From IMG/VR virus record IMGVR_UViG_3300045988_177924: a stretch of DNA of 64,000 bases, one strand, 5' to 3'. Positions within the stretch are counted from its first letter, which is position 1. Every line of letters starts with the position of its first letter. The notes beneath the pieces are model-generated. The model was not told the DNA's origin and did no database searches. It was given only the letters and a program-made list of their open reading frames with translations. The translations under genes and the position numbers were made by a program. Shown piece after piece: positions 8,480 to 16,232 of this stretch. The DNA is from a virus.

Positions 8480-8911
8480 ATGAACAGAGTCATTAAAGCA
8501 ACCAAATTAACCAAGTCGGAAGTCGAAGCCATCAACGCCAGGATCTTCTTCAACAATCTGAAGACAGACACCTTGTGCTGGTCATGCATGAACGCCCGCG
8601 ACAATAAAGAGCATTCCTGCTCGAAGTTCAAGACTGGCGTCCCGGTGGAAGGGAGCAAGTACGAGACGCATCAAGGGGCGTTGGGTGAGGAGTACAACAT
8701 TCGTGAGTGCCCGTGCTTCAAATTCGAGTACGATCGTCCCCAGGCGCTCAAGTCCGTCGTCGGCATCATCGCTCATTGGTGTGATGTGACCACCAGGACT
8801 GTGTGGAGGAATCCGAAGGGATGGGTGGCGATGTACAACAAGATCTGCCCAGAGTGCCAGATTATGCTGGCGGACGAAGATGAAGACGACGAATGGGACG
8901 ATGAGGAGTAA
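8480..8911 (+). CDS. hypothetical protein with acidic C-terminus (143 aa)
   Basis: SD TAGGAGA; several Cys. Confidence 0.6.
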   Translation: MNRVIKATKLTKSEVEAINARIFFNNLKTDTLCWSCMNARDNKEHSCSKFKTGVPVEGSKYETHQGALGEEYNIRECPCFKFEYDRPQALKSVVGIIAHWCDVTTRTVWRNPKGWVAMYNKICPECQIMLADEDEDDEWDDEE

Positions 8912-8920
8912 GAAAGATAT

Positions 8921-8948
8921 CCAGGCATAGCAGCCTGGGTATTTTTTT
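8921..8948 (+). terminator. rho-independent terminator
   Basis: CCAGGC-ATAGCA-GCCTGG then GTAT7. Confidence 0.7.
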
Positions 8949-9135
8949 GTGTGTGGGCGGACGCGTGATGGGGAAAAATGGTCTGAGATACCTTTTTTTG
9001 GTTTTTCTTGAGCTTATTTAAGCTCTGTAGTAAAAGAAAAGAGTTTGGTCGACAGATTTATCGACCGAGGTATTTTCGTTTGAGAGATATGATGGCTTCA
9101 TTATACGACAAGTTAGAAGTATTTGTCACCCTGTG

Positions 9136-9164
9136 TTGACATACCCGCCGCCGTGTGGTATAAT
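9136..9164 (+). promoter_or_regulatory. sigma-70-type promoter TTGACA-17-TATAAT with CCGCCGCC in the spacer
   Basis: TTGACA 9136-9141, TATAAT 9159-9164. Confidence 0.75.
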
Positions 9165-9197
9165 AGAATTATAAAAATATTACTGGAGGTTTAGCTT

Positions 9198-9557
9198 ATG
9201 GTTAAACAAAAAAAGACGTATACGGTTGACGATTTGGTCGCTTTCCCGAATAACCCCTTGGACGAACAAGAGACTTCGATTGTTTTTGAACGCAACAGCG
9301 ATAAGATGACCATCTGGACCAGTGATAACACAATGGTCACCAAACTCAAAAAACTAATGACGAATAATCCCAAAGAGTATAAGTTGGTTTCAATCTCCAC
9401 TTATGATGGGCAACCGGTGGCATATGAATTTGAGGCCCCTAAAAAATTTTTGACACTCAAAACTGCTGGACGTACTTTAACAGATGAGCAACGGGCCGCC
9501 CTTGTTGAGCGTCTAGTTATACAGAACAAGGCCCGTAGCCAGGCGGCGGCCAAGTAA
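9198..9557 (+). CDS. hypothetical protein (119 aa)
   Basis: SD TGGAGG. Confidence 0.6.
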   Translation: MVKQKKTYTVDDLVAFPNNPLDEQETSIVFERNSDKMTIWTSDNTMVTKLKKLMTNNPKEYKLVSISTYDGQPVAYEFEAPKKFLTLKTAGRTLTDEQRAALVERLVIQNKARSQAAAK

Positions 9558-9753
9558 AAAAGCCCCCGCACAATAATAACTCTCGCCCAAACACGCTAGA
9601 ATGCCCTTTTTTGGTTTGTACGCTTATCTGTATGTGGATGTGCCAGACAAAAGGGGCTCGGTCGATAGATTTATCAACCCGACCATAAAAAAATAATTCT
9701 ACACGTCTGTACACGAGAGGAAAACCATAACACCCCACAGGAGGGATAATATA

Positions 9754-10128
9754 ATGATTGAGACGACCGTATTCGGAAAAATCATCACCAACATCACCAT
9801 CGGCGAAAAGCAATTGGCTCGCGGTAATAAAATAAAGACGGCGACCTATACTGTCTGTACTGGTAAAGATTTCGGCAAATGGTGCAGCATCGAAGTTGTC
9901 GCCATGGGTAGGCAAGCGACTTACGCCGAACACAATCTTCAAAGAGGCGGGTATGTTTACCTTGTCCTAAATGGCGCTGGAACCGGTGAACCTAATAAGT
10001 TTTCGTTCACTGTGGTTAAGCAACGTAGTGGACCGGTAGACGAAACCAACAACGACGACTCTGCTGAAGGGGCGGCGGACGAGGTTACACCCGAATCCTC
10101 AGAGGACTACGAAGAACTGCCGTTTTAA
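9754..10128 (+). CDS. ssb: single-stranded-DNA-binding (SSB)-like OB-fold protein (124 aa)
   Basis: SD AGGAGGG; SSB-like N-terminal strand pattern (VFGKIITNITIGE ... IEVVAMGRQATYAEHNLQRGGYVYLV); acidic tail ending EDYEELPF like the SSB C-terminal tip. Confidence 0.55.
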   Translation: MIETTVFGKIITNITIGEKQLARGNKIKTATYTVCTGKDFGKWCSIEVVAMGRQATYAEHNLQRGGYVYLVLNGAGTGEPNKFSFTVVKQRSGPVDETNNDDSAEGAADEVTPESSEDYEELPF

Positions 10129-10207
10129 GGCGGCGGGCAATTACGCATATTTACAAGGCGACGGATAGTACATGTCCGCCGCCGACTTTCACAAGGAGAA
10201 AAAGATT

Positions 10208-10525
10208 ATGTTCCACGGATCTGTAATAGGGAAAATTATATCCCCTGTTGAAATAACTAACGAAGAACGCCCCAGTGGTTGTACTCGTAAAAAAGCAACC
10301 TACACTCTCTGCACCGGGAAAGATGGCCTCGGTAAGAATAAACACTTTTGTATTATGGATATGGTAGCCATCGGAGGTGTTGCTCACAAAGCTGAAAAGA
10401 AGCTTAAAAAGGGGGATCATGTTTATGTTGTTTTTCACGCAGAAGCAACTGATGAGAATGGTCATTTTATCTTCTATGTTGATGAACAGACGAAGATGAA
10501 CTACGCCCCAGACACCACCTTCTAA
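10208..10525 (+). CDS. SSB-like OB-fold paralog lacking the acidic tip (105 aa)
   Basis: SD AAGGAGA before ATG 10208; aligns with 9754-10128 (KATYTLCTGKD vs TATYTVCTGKD; VAIGGVAHKAEKKLKKGDHVYVV). Confidence 0.45.
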   Translation: MFHGSVIGKIISPVEITNEERPSGCTRKKATYTLCTGKDGLGKNKHFCIMDMVAIGGVAHKAEKKLKKGDHVYVVFHAEATDENGHFIFYVDEQTKMNYAPDTTF

Positions 10526-10554
10526 GACTGTTGTAAAAGCGAGCAATCCCCTTA

Positions 10555-10582
10555 TTATATATTTCCTTTAGGAAATATATAA
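10555..10582 (+). terminator. 12-bp AT-rich hairpin after the 10208-10525 gene (no T-run)
   Basis: TTATATATTTCC-TTTA-GGAAATATATAA. Confidence 0.3.
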
Positions 10583-10671
10583 TATCGCGCGCGTGTTATA
10601 TATACTCTCCGAGGGTTTATATATAATATATAAGAGTAATAGATAAATATATAAGAGATAAGAGTAAGATC

Positions 10672-10929
10672 TATTATATATAATATAATATAATATATAA
10701 TAATATTATTATAATAATATAATAATATTAATATATAATAATATAATTATAATAATATAATTATAATAATATAATATTAATATATAATAATATAATATTA
10801 ATATATAATAATATAATTATAATAATATAATTATAATAATATAATATTAATATATAATAATATAATATTAATATATAATAATATAATATATATATAATTA
10901 ATAATATATAAATATATTATTAATATAAA
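10672..10929. repeat. TA-only island A: 258 bp without a single G or C, containing two perfect 70-bp tandem units (10741-10810, 10811-10880)
   Basis: read directly; flanked on the right by a purine-rich AGA/ATAG low-complexity stretch to about 11140. Confidence 0.9.
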
Positions 10930-11141
10930 GAAAATAATATATATATAATATATATAAATATATATTAATATATATTAAAAAAGAAAGTAAGAGTAATATC
11001 ATAATATAAGATATAAAAGAGAGAATAGAAGATATAGAATAGAAAACAGAATATAGAGAATATAGAGAATATAGAAGATGAAGATATAAGAAGATAGAAA
11101 GAAAGATTATACTCTTATACTCTTGAATATATTCATATAGT

Positions 11142-11165
11142 CTACTACTACTACTACTACTACTA
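11142..11165. repeat. (CTA)n microsatellite, about 7-8 units
   Basis: ctactactactactactactacta. Confidence 0.9.
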
Positions 11166-11382
11166 AGAGTAAGAATAAAAATAAAACCTTGGGGCAGCAA
11201 AACTAAACCTCACCAGGAAATAGAAAGGGACTAACGTCCCCTTCAACCCCTACGCGGCTTCGCCAGTGTTTCAAACGCTTACACCTGCGGTGTTGCGCGT
11301 TAATGAAATTGCGCACCCATTTGATCTGTTATCACTCCGGAGAGAGAAATATAAAAAAAAATAAATATTTTGTCATTCCCTG

Positions 11383-11411
11383 TTGACTTTTCACTCTCCC
11401 TGTGTTATAAT
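11383..11411 (+). promoter_or_regulatory. sigma-70-type promoter TTGACT-17-TATAAT with TGn extended -10
   Basis: TTGACT 11383-11388, TATAAT 11406-11411; shares a 21-mer with the promoter at 36682. Confidence 0.75.
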
Positions 11412-11442
11412 ATAAATATAAAGAGAAACAAGGAGGTACCCA

Positions 11443-11631
11443 ATGAGGTTCCAGATGGATTCAAAAAAAGCCACGCGCTCAATCCCCATCCCCCCAGGCG
11501 ACGCTTTTATCTTCGATACGTTCCCCGATGGCATCGAAGACTATCAGCCTACGTCCGATGACGACGCCGTCCTCCTCTCGGGTGATTACGCCGATTTCCT
11601 CGCGTCCATCCCTCCCGATCTCTTCACATAA
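11443..11631 (+). CDS. hypothetical acidic protein (62 aa)
   Basis: SD AAGGAGG 7 nt before ATG; own promoter and terminator. Confidence 0.55.
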   Translation: MRFQMDSKKATRSIPIPPGDAFIFDTFPDGIEDYQPTSDDDAVLLSGDYADFLASIPPDLFT

Positions 11632-11794
11632 CACGATCCTCGGGGTTAAGCCGCTTAAGGGTGTTGACGGCCGTAAAGAAGGAACGTCGCTGCTTCCCGA
11701 GATCACATACATCGCGCATCTTTTTATTATCACCTCCTATTGCGCCTTGTTTCTTTTACGTATATATATATGTTACCTCCTATTTTTATTTTTA

Positions 11795-11836
11795 AGAACA
11801 CAGTTGCTAGACACCCCGACTGTGTTCTTTTTTTTT
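11795..11836 (+). terminator. rho-independent terminator
   Basis: AGAACACAG-16 nt-CTGTGTTCT then T9. Confidence 0.75.
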
Positions 11837-11957
11837 GCTCTCCTTAGAAGAAAAAACGGGTGCTGACGACGGATGACAAAAAAATAAAAATAGGTCGCTG
11901 ACCTGGTTTGGTGGGGGCCTTATAGGCCATAGTCCTCTGGCATCGTTGCCCTTTGTG

Positions 11958-12075
11958 TTAAAAAATTTTTTCGTGAGAAAAAATTTGGGGCTCTGTAAAA
12001 AAAATGGGGGGCGCGTCAAAAAAATATTGGGCCACCGAAAAAATATGGGCACCGGGGAAAAATATGGGCCGATGG
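11958..12075. repeat. array of 5-6 units A5-8 (T/AT)(A)T GGG n7-9, period 19-21 bp
   Basis: aaaaaatttggggctctgt / aaaaaaaatggggggcgcgtc / aaaaaaatattgggccaccg / aaaaaatatgggcaccgggg / aaaaatatgggccgatgg. Confidence 0.75.
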
Positions 12076-12121
12076 TGAGTACGATTTATTCAATGGTGAC
12101 TATCGTGAAAACCCAAAAAGG

Positions 12122-12205
12122 TTATTTTTTACATAACCAAATGCCCAATGGCAAGATGACAATCACGGTAATAATTACTTCAATCGCATGCTGTAACAGG
12201 TCCAT
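12122..12205 (-). CDS. 27-aa hydrophobic micro-peptide MDLLQHAIEVIITVIVILPLGIWLCKK
   Basis: AAGGAGG 7 nt before ATG; single predicted TM helix; below the ORF-track cut-off. Confidence 0.4.
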   Translation of the reverse strand: MDLLQHAIEVIITVIVILPLGIWLCKK

Positions 12206-12217
12206 TTAATCACCTCC

Positions 12218-12310
12218 TTATGAATGAAGTCGTATCCAAATGGCTACGAGAACGAACAAGATTTGCCCAACTATCACAAGACCACCAATTGTTTCTGCAA
12301 TCACCCGCAT
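12218..12310 (-). CDS. about 28-30-aa hydrophobic micro-peptide (..IAETIGGLVIVGQILFVLVAIWIRLHS)
   Basis: AAGGAGG directly upstream; ATG is only 2 nt from the SD, so GTG two codons in (12304) may be the start. Confidence 0.35.
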   Translation of the reverse strand: MRVIAETIGGLVIVGQILFVLVAIWIRLHS

Positions 12311-12318
12311 CACCTCCT

Positions 12319-12912
12319 TTATCTATAGTTCTTCAAAACAGCATCAGCCGTAATCGCCAACGCACGTTCGGTTGCTTTGTCCAGTTCATCTTTCTTCTGT
12401 TGAAGCTGTTTAATGAGCTTCGGTAAAGCTTTGGCTGTATCACCCCATAAACGAGAGATATCTTGTCCGATTTGGTTGATTTCTTTGACAATCTCTTGAC
12501 TCTGTCCATCGACAAAGTGCCATTTGGTTATTGACACCCCGTCGATATTTGTCTTCCAAGTAATCTCCCAATGGTGGTCCGCCATTGTAGAGCGCACAGC
12601 CGTCGGAGCCGATAATTCGACAGACGAGCTTGGAATATAGAGAGCATAGGATGACAAACCGTGTTGCTCTATATGAACAACAAAAGCTTGTTTTTCGTTG
12701 AAATCAATCTTTGTTTTCTTTTTGACATCGCCTGGAATTTCAAGTTTGTCAAAATTGTTGTTCGTTGAAATACCTGACGTAAACCAACCATGACCGGTGC
12801 GACAGATTTCTCCACTTTTGTCGAAAAAGACAATGTCACCAAGCTCATAACTGTTGTTGTTAACATCGATTGAGAAGGGGTTGTACCATTTTGCAGTTCT
12901 GTAAAGTTTCAT
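12319..12912 (-). CDS. hypothetical protein (197 aa)
   Basis: SD AAAGGAGA before internal ATG 12912; C-terminal coiled coil. Confidence 0.6.
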   Translation of the reverse strand: MKLYRTAKWYNPFSIDVNNNSYELGDIVFFDKSGEICRTGHGWFTSGISTNNNFDKLEIPGDVKKKTKIDFNEKQAFVVHIEQHGLSSYALYIPSSSVELSAPTAVRSTMADHHWEITWKTNIDGVSITKWHFVDGQSQEIVKEINQIGQDISRLWGDTAKALPKLIKQLQQKKDELDKATERALAITADAVLKNYR

Positions 12913-12931
12913 TTTTATATCTCCTTTAAAA

Positions 12932-13228
12932 TTATCTTTTGATGGTGATGCGATATGCGTCGAGAACTTGTTCAATAATGTTTGCTAATTTGTCACTGCT
13001 ATAACCGTGTTCTTCAAGATACTCATCGTGCATATCCATTATAGCGTTGATTTCGTCGTCGCTCAATTTGTCAATGGTTGCGCCGTTAAAATACTCATCG
13101 AGGACAGTTTTTATATCCTCGAGCTTATAATAAAGCTCAACCATAGTGTGAGTCGAGAACTCTTCGGGTGTGGGGACATATTCTTGTGCGAATTGTTTTG
13201 CTGACATTTCTTTTCCATTGATAATCAT
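12932..13228 (-). CDS. hypothetical acidic protein (98 aa)
   Basis: SD AAAGGAGA. Confidence 0.6.
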   Translation of the reverse strand: MIINGKEMSAKQFAQEYVPTPEEFSTHTMVELYYKLEDIKTVLDEYFNGATIDKLSDDEINAIMDMHDEYLEEHGYSSDKLANIIEQVLDAYRITIKR

Positions 13229-13294
13229 ATTATTATCTCCTTTAATTTTTTATTATTCGTTGATAGTGAGAGAACATAGAGCGTCGGCGTGAAT

Positions 13295-13507
13295 TTATAC
13301 TGTTATCAACAACTGATTTTCAACAGCTCCTATGTGTATAACGTCTTTGTCTCCGTGCTTTTCTACGGCAAAGTCTATAGAACAACCATTTTCAATAACA
13401 GTATTTGTTTTGCTGTCATATACAATAGCAAACTGAACACTTCCTATACTTGAATATAAGACTGATTTTAAATCTTTGAGTTTCATAATCAATTGTTTGC
13501 TTTCCAT
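13295..13507 (-). CDS. hypothetical protein (70 aa)
   Basis: SD GAAAGGAG preceded by a 7-bp GC hairpin. Confidence 0.55.
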   Translation of the reverse strand: MESKQLIMKLKDLKSVLYSSIGSVQFAIVYDSKTNTVIENGCSIDFAVEKHGDKDVIHIGAVENQLLITV

Positions 13508-13551
13508 TTTTAACTCCTTTCCGGCGGGACCGCCGCCGGTCGGTTTTGTTC

Positions 13552-13809
13552 TTATTCGTTGATAGTGAAAACATAGAACGCCGGACGACGTCCAAGTTCG
13601 GCGGTGTTGCAGTTGTAGTAGGTGAATTCGTTGACCAAGGTGTCAAAGTTTTTATCGGCCGATTCTTTTGAAACCGTCGAGTTTGAGAACCAAGGGCTAT
13701 TTGGATTCGCTTTACACGGCAGCACCGTAATGGGTCTGCCGAGATTGTAAAGCTTACGAGCTTCGGATTTGTTGATACGAGTATAAGTGAGAGTTGTGTT
13801 GTTGAGCAT
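13552..13809 (-). CDS. hypothetical protein (85 aa)
   Basis: SD AAAGGAGGA before ATG 13809. Confidence 0.6.
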   Translation of the reverse strand: MLNNTTLTYTRINKSEARKLYNLGRPITVLPCKANPNSPWFSNSTVSKESADKNFDTLVNEFTYYNCNTAELGRRPAFYVFTINE

Positions 13810-13825
13810 TTGTTTATTCCTCCTT

Positions 13826-14293
13826 TTAATCAAGTTTTTTGAATTGTAAGATATCACCGTCGATGTCGCCTTCTTCGTTTACGGGGACCTTCATAAGATA
13901 TACCGAATATACCTTGAAACGAATGAATTCTATTTTTCGTGCCCAATCTAAAGCTTCCTCTTCGGTGTTGAAGAGAATCGATTGTGCAAAGTAGGCATCT
14001 GACGAAAGTTCATCAGAGAATTCGATATAGTATTTGTAACTTTGTGGAGCGCGATAGACGGTGATGTCAAACCAATGAGGAGCGTCGATGTCGGCGATTT
14101 TATTTGAAAAGTCGTCGTAACAAGCTTCGTAGTTGTCACTCGAAAGCAGACGATAAGTGCCTGCTTTGAGTTCTTCCTCATAAGGAAGGAGAGCTTCGTA
14201 AAGCTCTCCAATGTAAGGATAGGCGGGACTGGTCTCGTCAAGATAGAGACCGAGCTCTTCGTTGATATAGTTGATAAATTCTTGTTTATCCAT
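13826..14293 (-). CDS. hypothetical acidic protein (155 aa)
   Basis: SD AAAGGAGG. Confidence 0.6.
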   Translation of the reverse strand: MDKQEFINYINEELGLYLDETSPAYPYIGELYEALLPYEEELKAGTYRLLSSDNYEACYDDFSNKIADIDAPHWFDITVYRAPQSYKYYIEFSDELSSDAYFAQSILFNTEEEALDWARKIEFIRFKVYSVYLMKVPVNEEGDIDGDILQFKKLD

Positions 14294-14304
14294 AAGGACC
14301 TCCT

Positions 14305-14718
14305 TTAAATAAGTTCTTCGAACTCTTCAAATTCTCGTGCAAAGTTACGCATTGTTTCTTCGAAGCCGAACCAAGCAAGTAGGTTTTGGTTACACCGATA
14401 GAGGGCAAGAGGGTCTTCTTTGTCCCATTTGTCGCCAAATAGTTCCGAGGGAACGTAAATGCCACACTCATCCATTGTGTCATAAAGGAGTTCATTAATT
14501 TCTTCTTTGTGCTCCTCATAATAGGCGGTTGTTTGGCTGTAATAAACAAGGTGACCCACAAAGCCCGATTGGCACCCGTTATTAAGAACATCTAGAATGA
14601 TGTTTTTCTTGTCGTCGTATTCGTCCCATTCGTTGAGAATGTAATCAATTACGTCTTCTGTCAATTCCGATGCCGTGTTGTCTCTGATTTGTTTAATGTT
14701 TTGTTTTGTGAATTTCAT
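14305..14718 (-). CDS. hypothetical acidic protein (137 aa)
   Basis: SD AAAGGAGA. Confidence 0.6.
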   Translation of the reverse strand: MKFTKQNIKQIRDNTASELTEDVIDYILNEWDEYDDKKNIILDVLNNGCQSGFVGHLVYYSQTTAYYEEHKEEINELLYDTMDECGIYVPSELFGDKWDKEDPLALYRCNQNLLAWFGFEETMRNFAREFEEFEELI

Positions 14719-14735
14719 GATGTATTCTCCTTTTG

Positions 14736-14945
14736 TTATAATATTTCTTCGAGTTTCTCAATAAGAGCATCGTAAAATGCGATACTTTCTTTTGTTTGCT
14801 CGATAAGTTTATCGTACTGCTCGTCGTACTTGTGGATGCTGTCGTAGTCGATTTCGTATTGCAACAGTTTGGTTGATAACTCATGCCGAGCGTATTTCAC
14901 ACAAAGCAGAGCATGATACTTTTCATTTTCGGTAAGTTTTTTCAT
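14736..14945 (-). CDS. hypothetical protein (69 aa)
   Basis: SD CAGGAGG. Confidence 0.55.
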   Translation of the reverse strand: MKKLTENEKYHALLCVKYARHELSTKLLQYEIDYDSIHKYDEQYDKLIEQTKESIAFYDALIEKLEEIL

Positions 14946-14962
14946 TGGTTAAGCCTCCTGTG

Positions 14963-15442
14963 TTAATTCGGTTTACGCCAAATAATTTCATTAGTGTCGA
15001 CATCGTTACACGGACTGTATACGACCTCTATACATTTATCGGGAAGCACTTGTGACATTGTTTTCGCCGTTGAGATGGCGTCTTGTTCTGTTGAAAACGT
15101 TTCTTTAGGAGTTAAATCATCCCAACTGTCACCCACGTTAATTACGTAATCGTTGGTGGGTTCGGTTTCCTCTTCGTTGTCGTCATCGTCGGCGTCTTCG
15201 TCGTCTTCATCTTCGTCTTCTTCATCCTCGATTCCCAACCATTCGTAAACGGTGTCGGCATCGAACCATAACAAGTCATTCAAGTCTGTTTCATCGATTC
15301 CGTCGGGATATAAGTCTTCCAAAATCGCTTCAAGTTGGTCAAAGCCTTCTGACCCTTGCTCTTCCCAAATGCGTTGAGCGGTGGTTTCTGCACCACTCCA
15401 AAATTTAAAATCTGCCAAACTTTGTTCTGTATAAATTTTCAT
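14963..15442 (-). CDS. hypothetical very acidic protein with a D/E run (159 aa)
   Basis: SD TAAGGAGGA; EDEEDEDEDDEDADDDDNEEE stretch. Confidence 0.6.
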   Translation of the reverse strand: MKIYTEQSLADFKFWSGAETTAQRIWEEQGSEGFDQLEAILEDLYPDGIDETDLNDLLWFDADTVYEWLGIEDEEDEDEDDEDADDDDNEEETEPTNDYVINVGDSWDDLTPKETFSTEQDAISTAKTMSQVLPDKCIEVVYSPCNDVDTNEIIWRKPN

Positions 15443-15462
15443 GATTTGTTCCTCCTTATTTT

Positions 15463-16173
15463 TTAGTCGATTTTCTCGATTTCTGCGATTTCGAAGTCAA
15501 AGTATGCGTCCGCGTCTTCAAACGTTAGGCTATAAAACCCACACATCGAATCGACTATTTCGCCTTCTTCGTCTATTTTGCGGCTCAATTCCTTGCCGTC
15601 CATCGATTGTCTGATTTCGATGATCGGTTCGTAAAGCGTCCACTGATAAACGTTTCCTTCGAGGAAATCGCTATAAGTTTTGACTTCGCCTTCGAGCGTT
15701 TCTTTCGCTTTTGCCTTCCAGTCCTTTTCGTCTTTCAAGCACATCTGCGCGAGGTAGAAGTCTTTTTCGACGAAGATAAGCCCGACGAAGCTCGAATCCC
15801 ACGAGCATTGTCTTCTTGTCGACATTGAGATACCGCTGTGGTCGTAAATCCATAACGGCAATCCGCAAACGTCGTCTTGATCGAGAATGAACTGGATTTC
15901 TTCAGAGAACGTCATTTCGTCGATTTCTTCGTCGCTCTTCCCGTATTTACGGCAGATTTCCGCGAGCTGCTCTTCGGTTTCCCTGTTGCTGTTACAATCG
16001 CCGAGTTGATAATCGCGATGGCAGCAAAGCATTGTTCCGAGGTTATCCCACGAACGCGGGTCTTCTGGGAACTGGTCTTGCTCGATTACGAGACGGAGTT
16101 TTCTTCCGTCGGTGCTGGTGATGGCGAATTTATCGCCTGCGTAAAGTTTACTGGTTTTGTTAATCGTAGCCAT
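15463..16173 (-). CDS. hypothetical protein (236 aa), conserved-looking PRSWDNLGTMLCCHRDYQLGD / WIYDHSGISMS motifs
   Basis: SD TAGGAGG before ATG 16173; I recall this motif pair from plasmid/phage hypotheticals but cannot name a family. Confidence 0.6.
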   Translation of the reverse strand: MATINKTSKLYAGDKFAITSTDGRKLRLVIEQDQFPEDPRSWDNLGTMLCCHRDYQLGDCNSNRETEEQLAEICRKYGKSDEEIDEMTFSEEIQFILDQDDVCGLPLWIYDHSGISMSTRRQCSWDSSFVGLIFVEKDFYLAQMCLKDEKDWKAKAKETLEGEVKTYSDFLEGNVYQWTLYEPIIEIRQSMDGKELSRKIDEEGEIVDSMCGFYSLTFEDADAYFDFEIAEIEKID

Positions 16174-16232
16174 TTTTGGGCCTCCTAAAAAATATTTTTT
16201 GCCCGTATTGCCGATAGCACAGCAGTTTTTTA

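Noticed and set aside
10672-10929. TA repeat islands (also 36358-36560) as CRISPR arrays
   Set aside because: There is no repeat-spacer alternation with unique spacers. The units are pure A/T tandem or low-complexity repeats, and there are no cas genes.
10898-11200. 100-aa minus-strand ORF across the TA/purine low-complexity island
   Set aside because: The translation is pure low complexity (I/L/Y/S runs) forced by the repeat DNA. There is no SD, so this is an artefact of stop-free repeats.
11479-11733. 84-aa minus-strand ORF antisense to gene 11443-11631
   Set aside because: Its ATG abuts the SD-like AGGAGGTG with about 0-1 nt of spacing. The plus-strand gene has a consensus promoter, an ideal SD spacing and a terminator.
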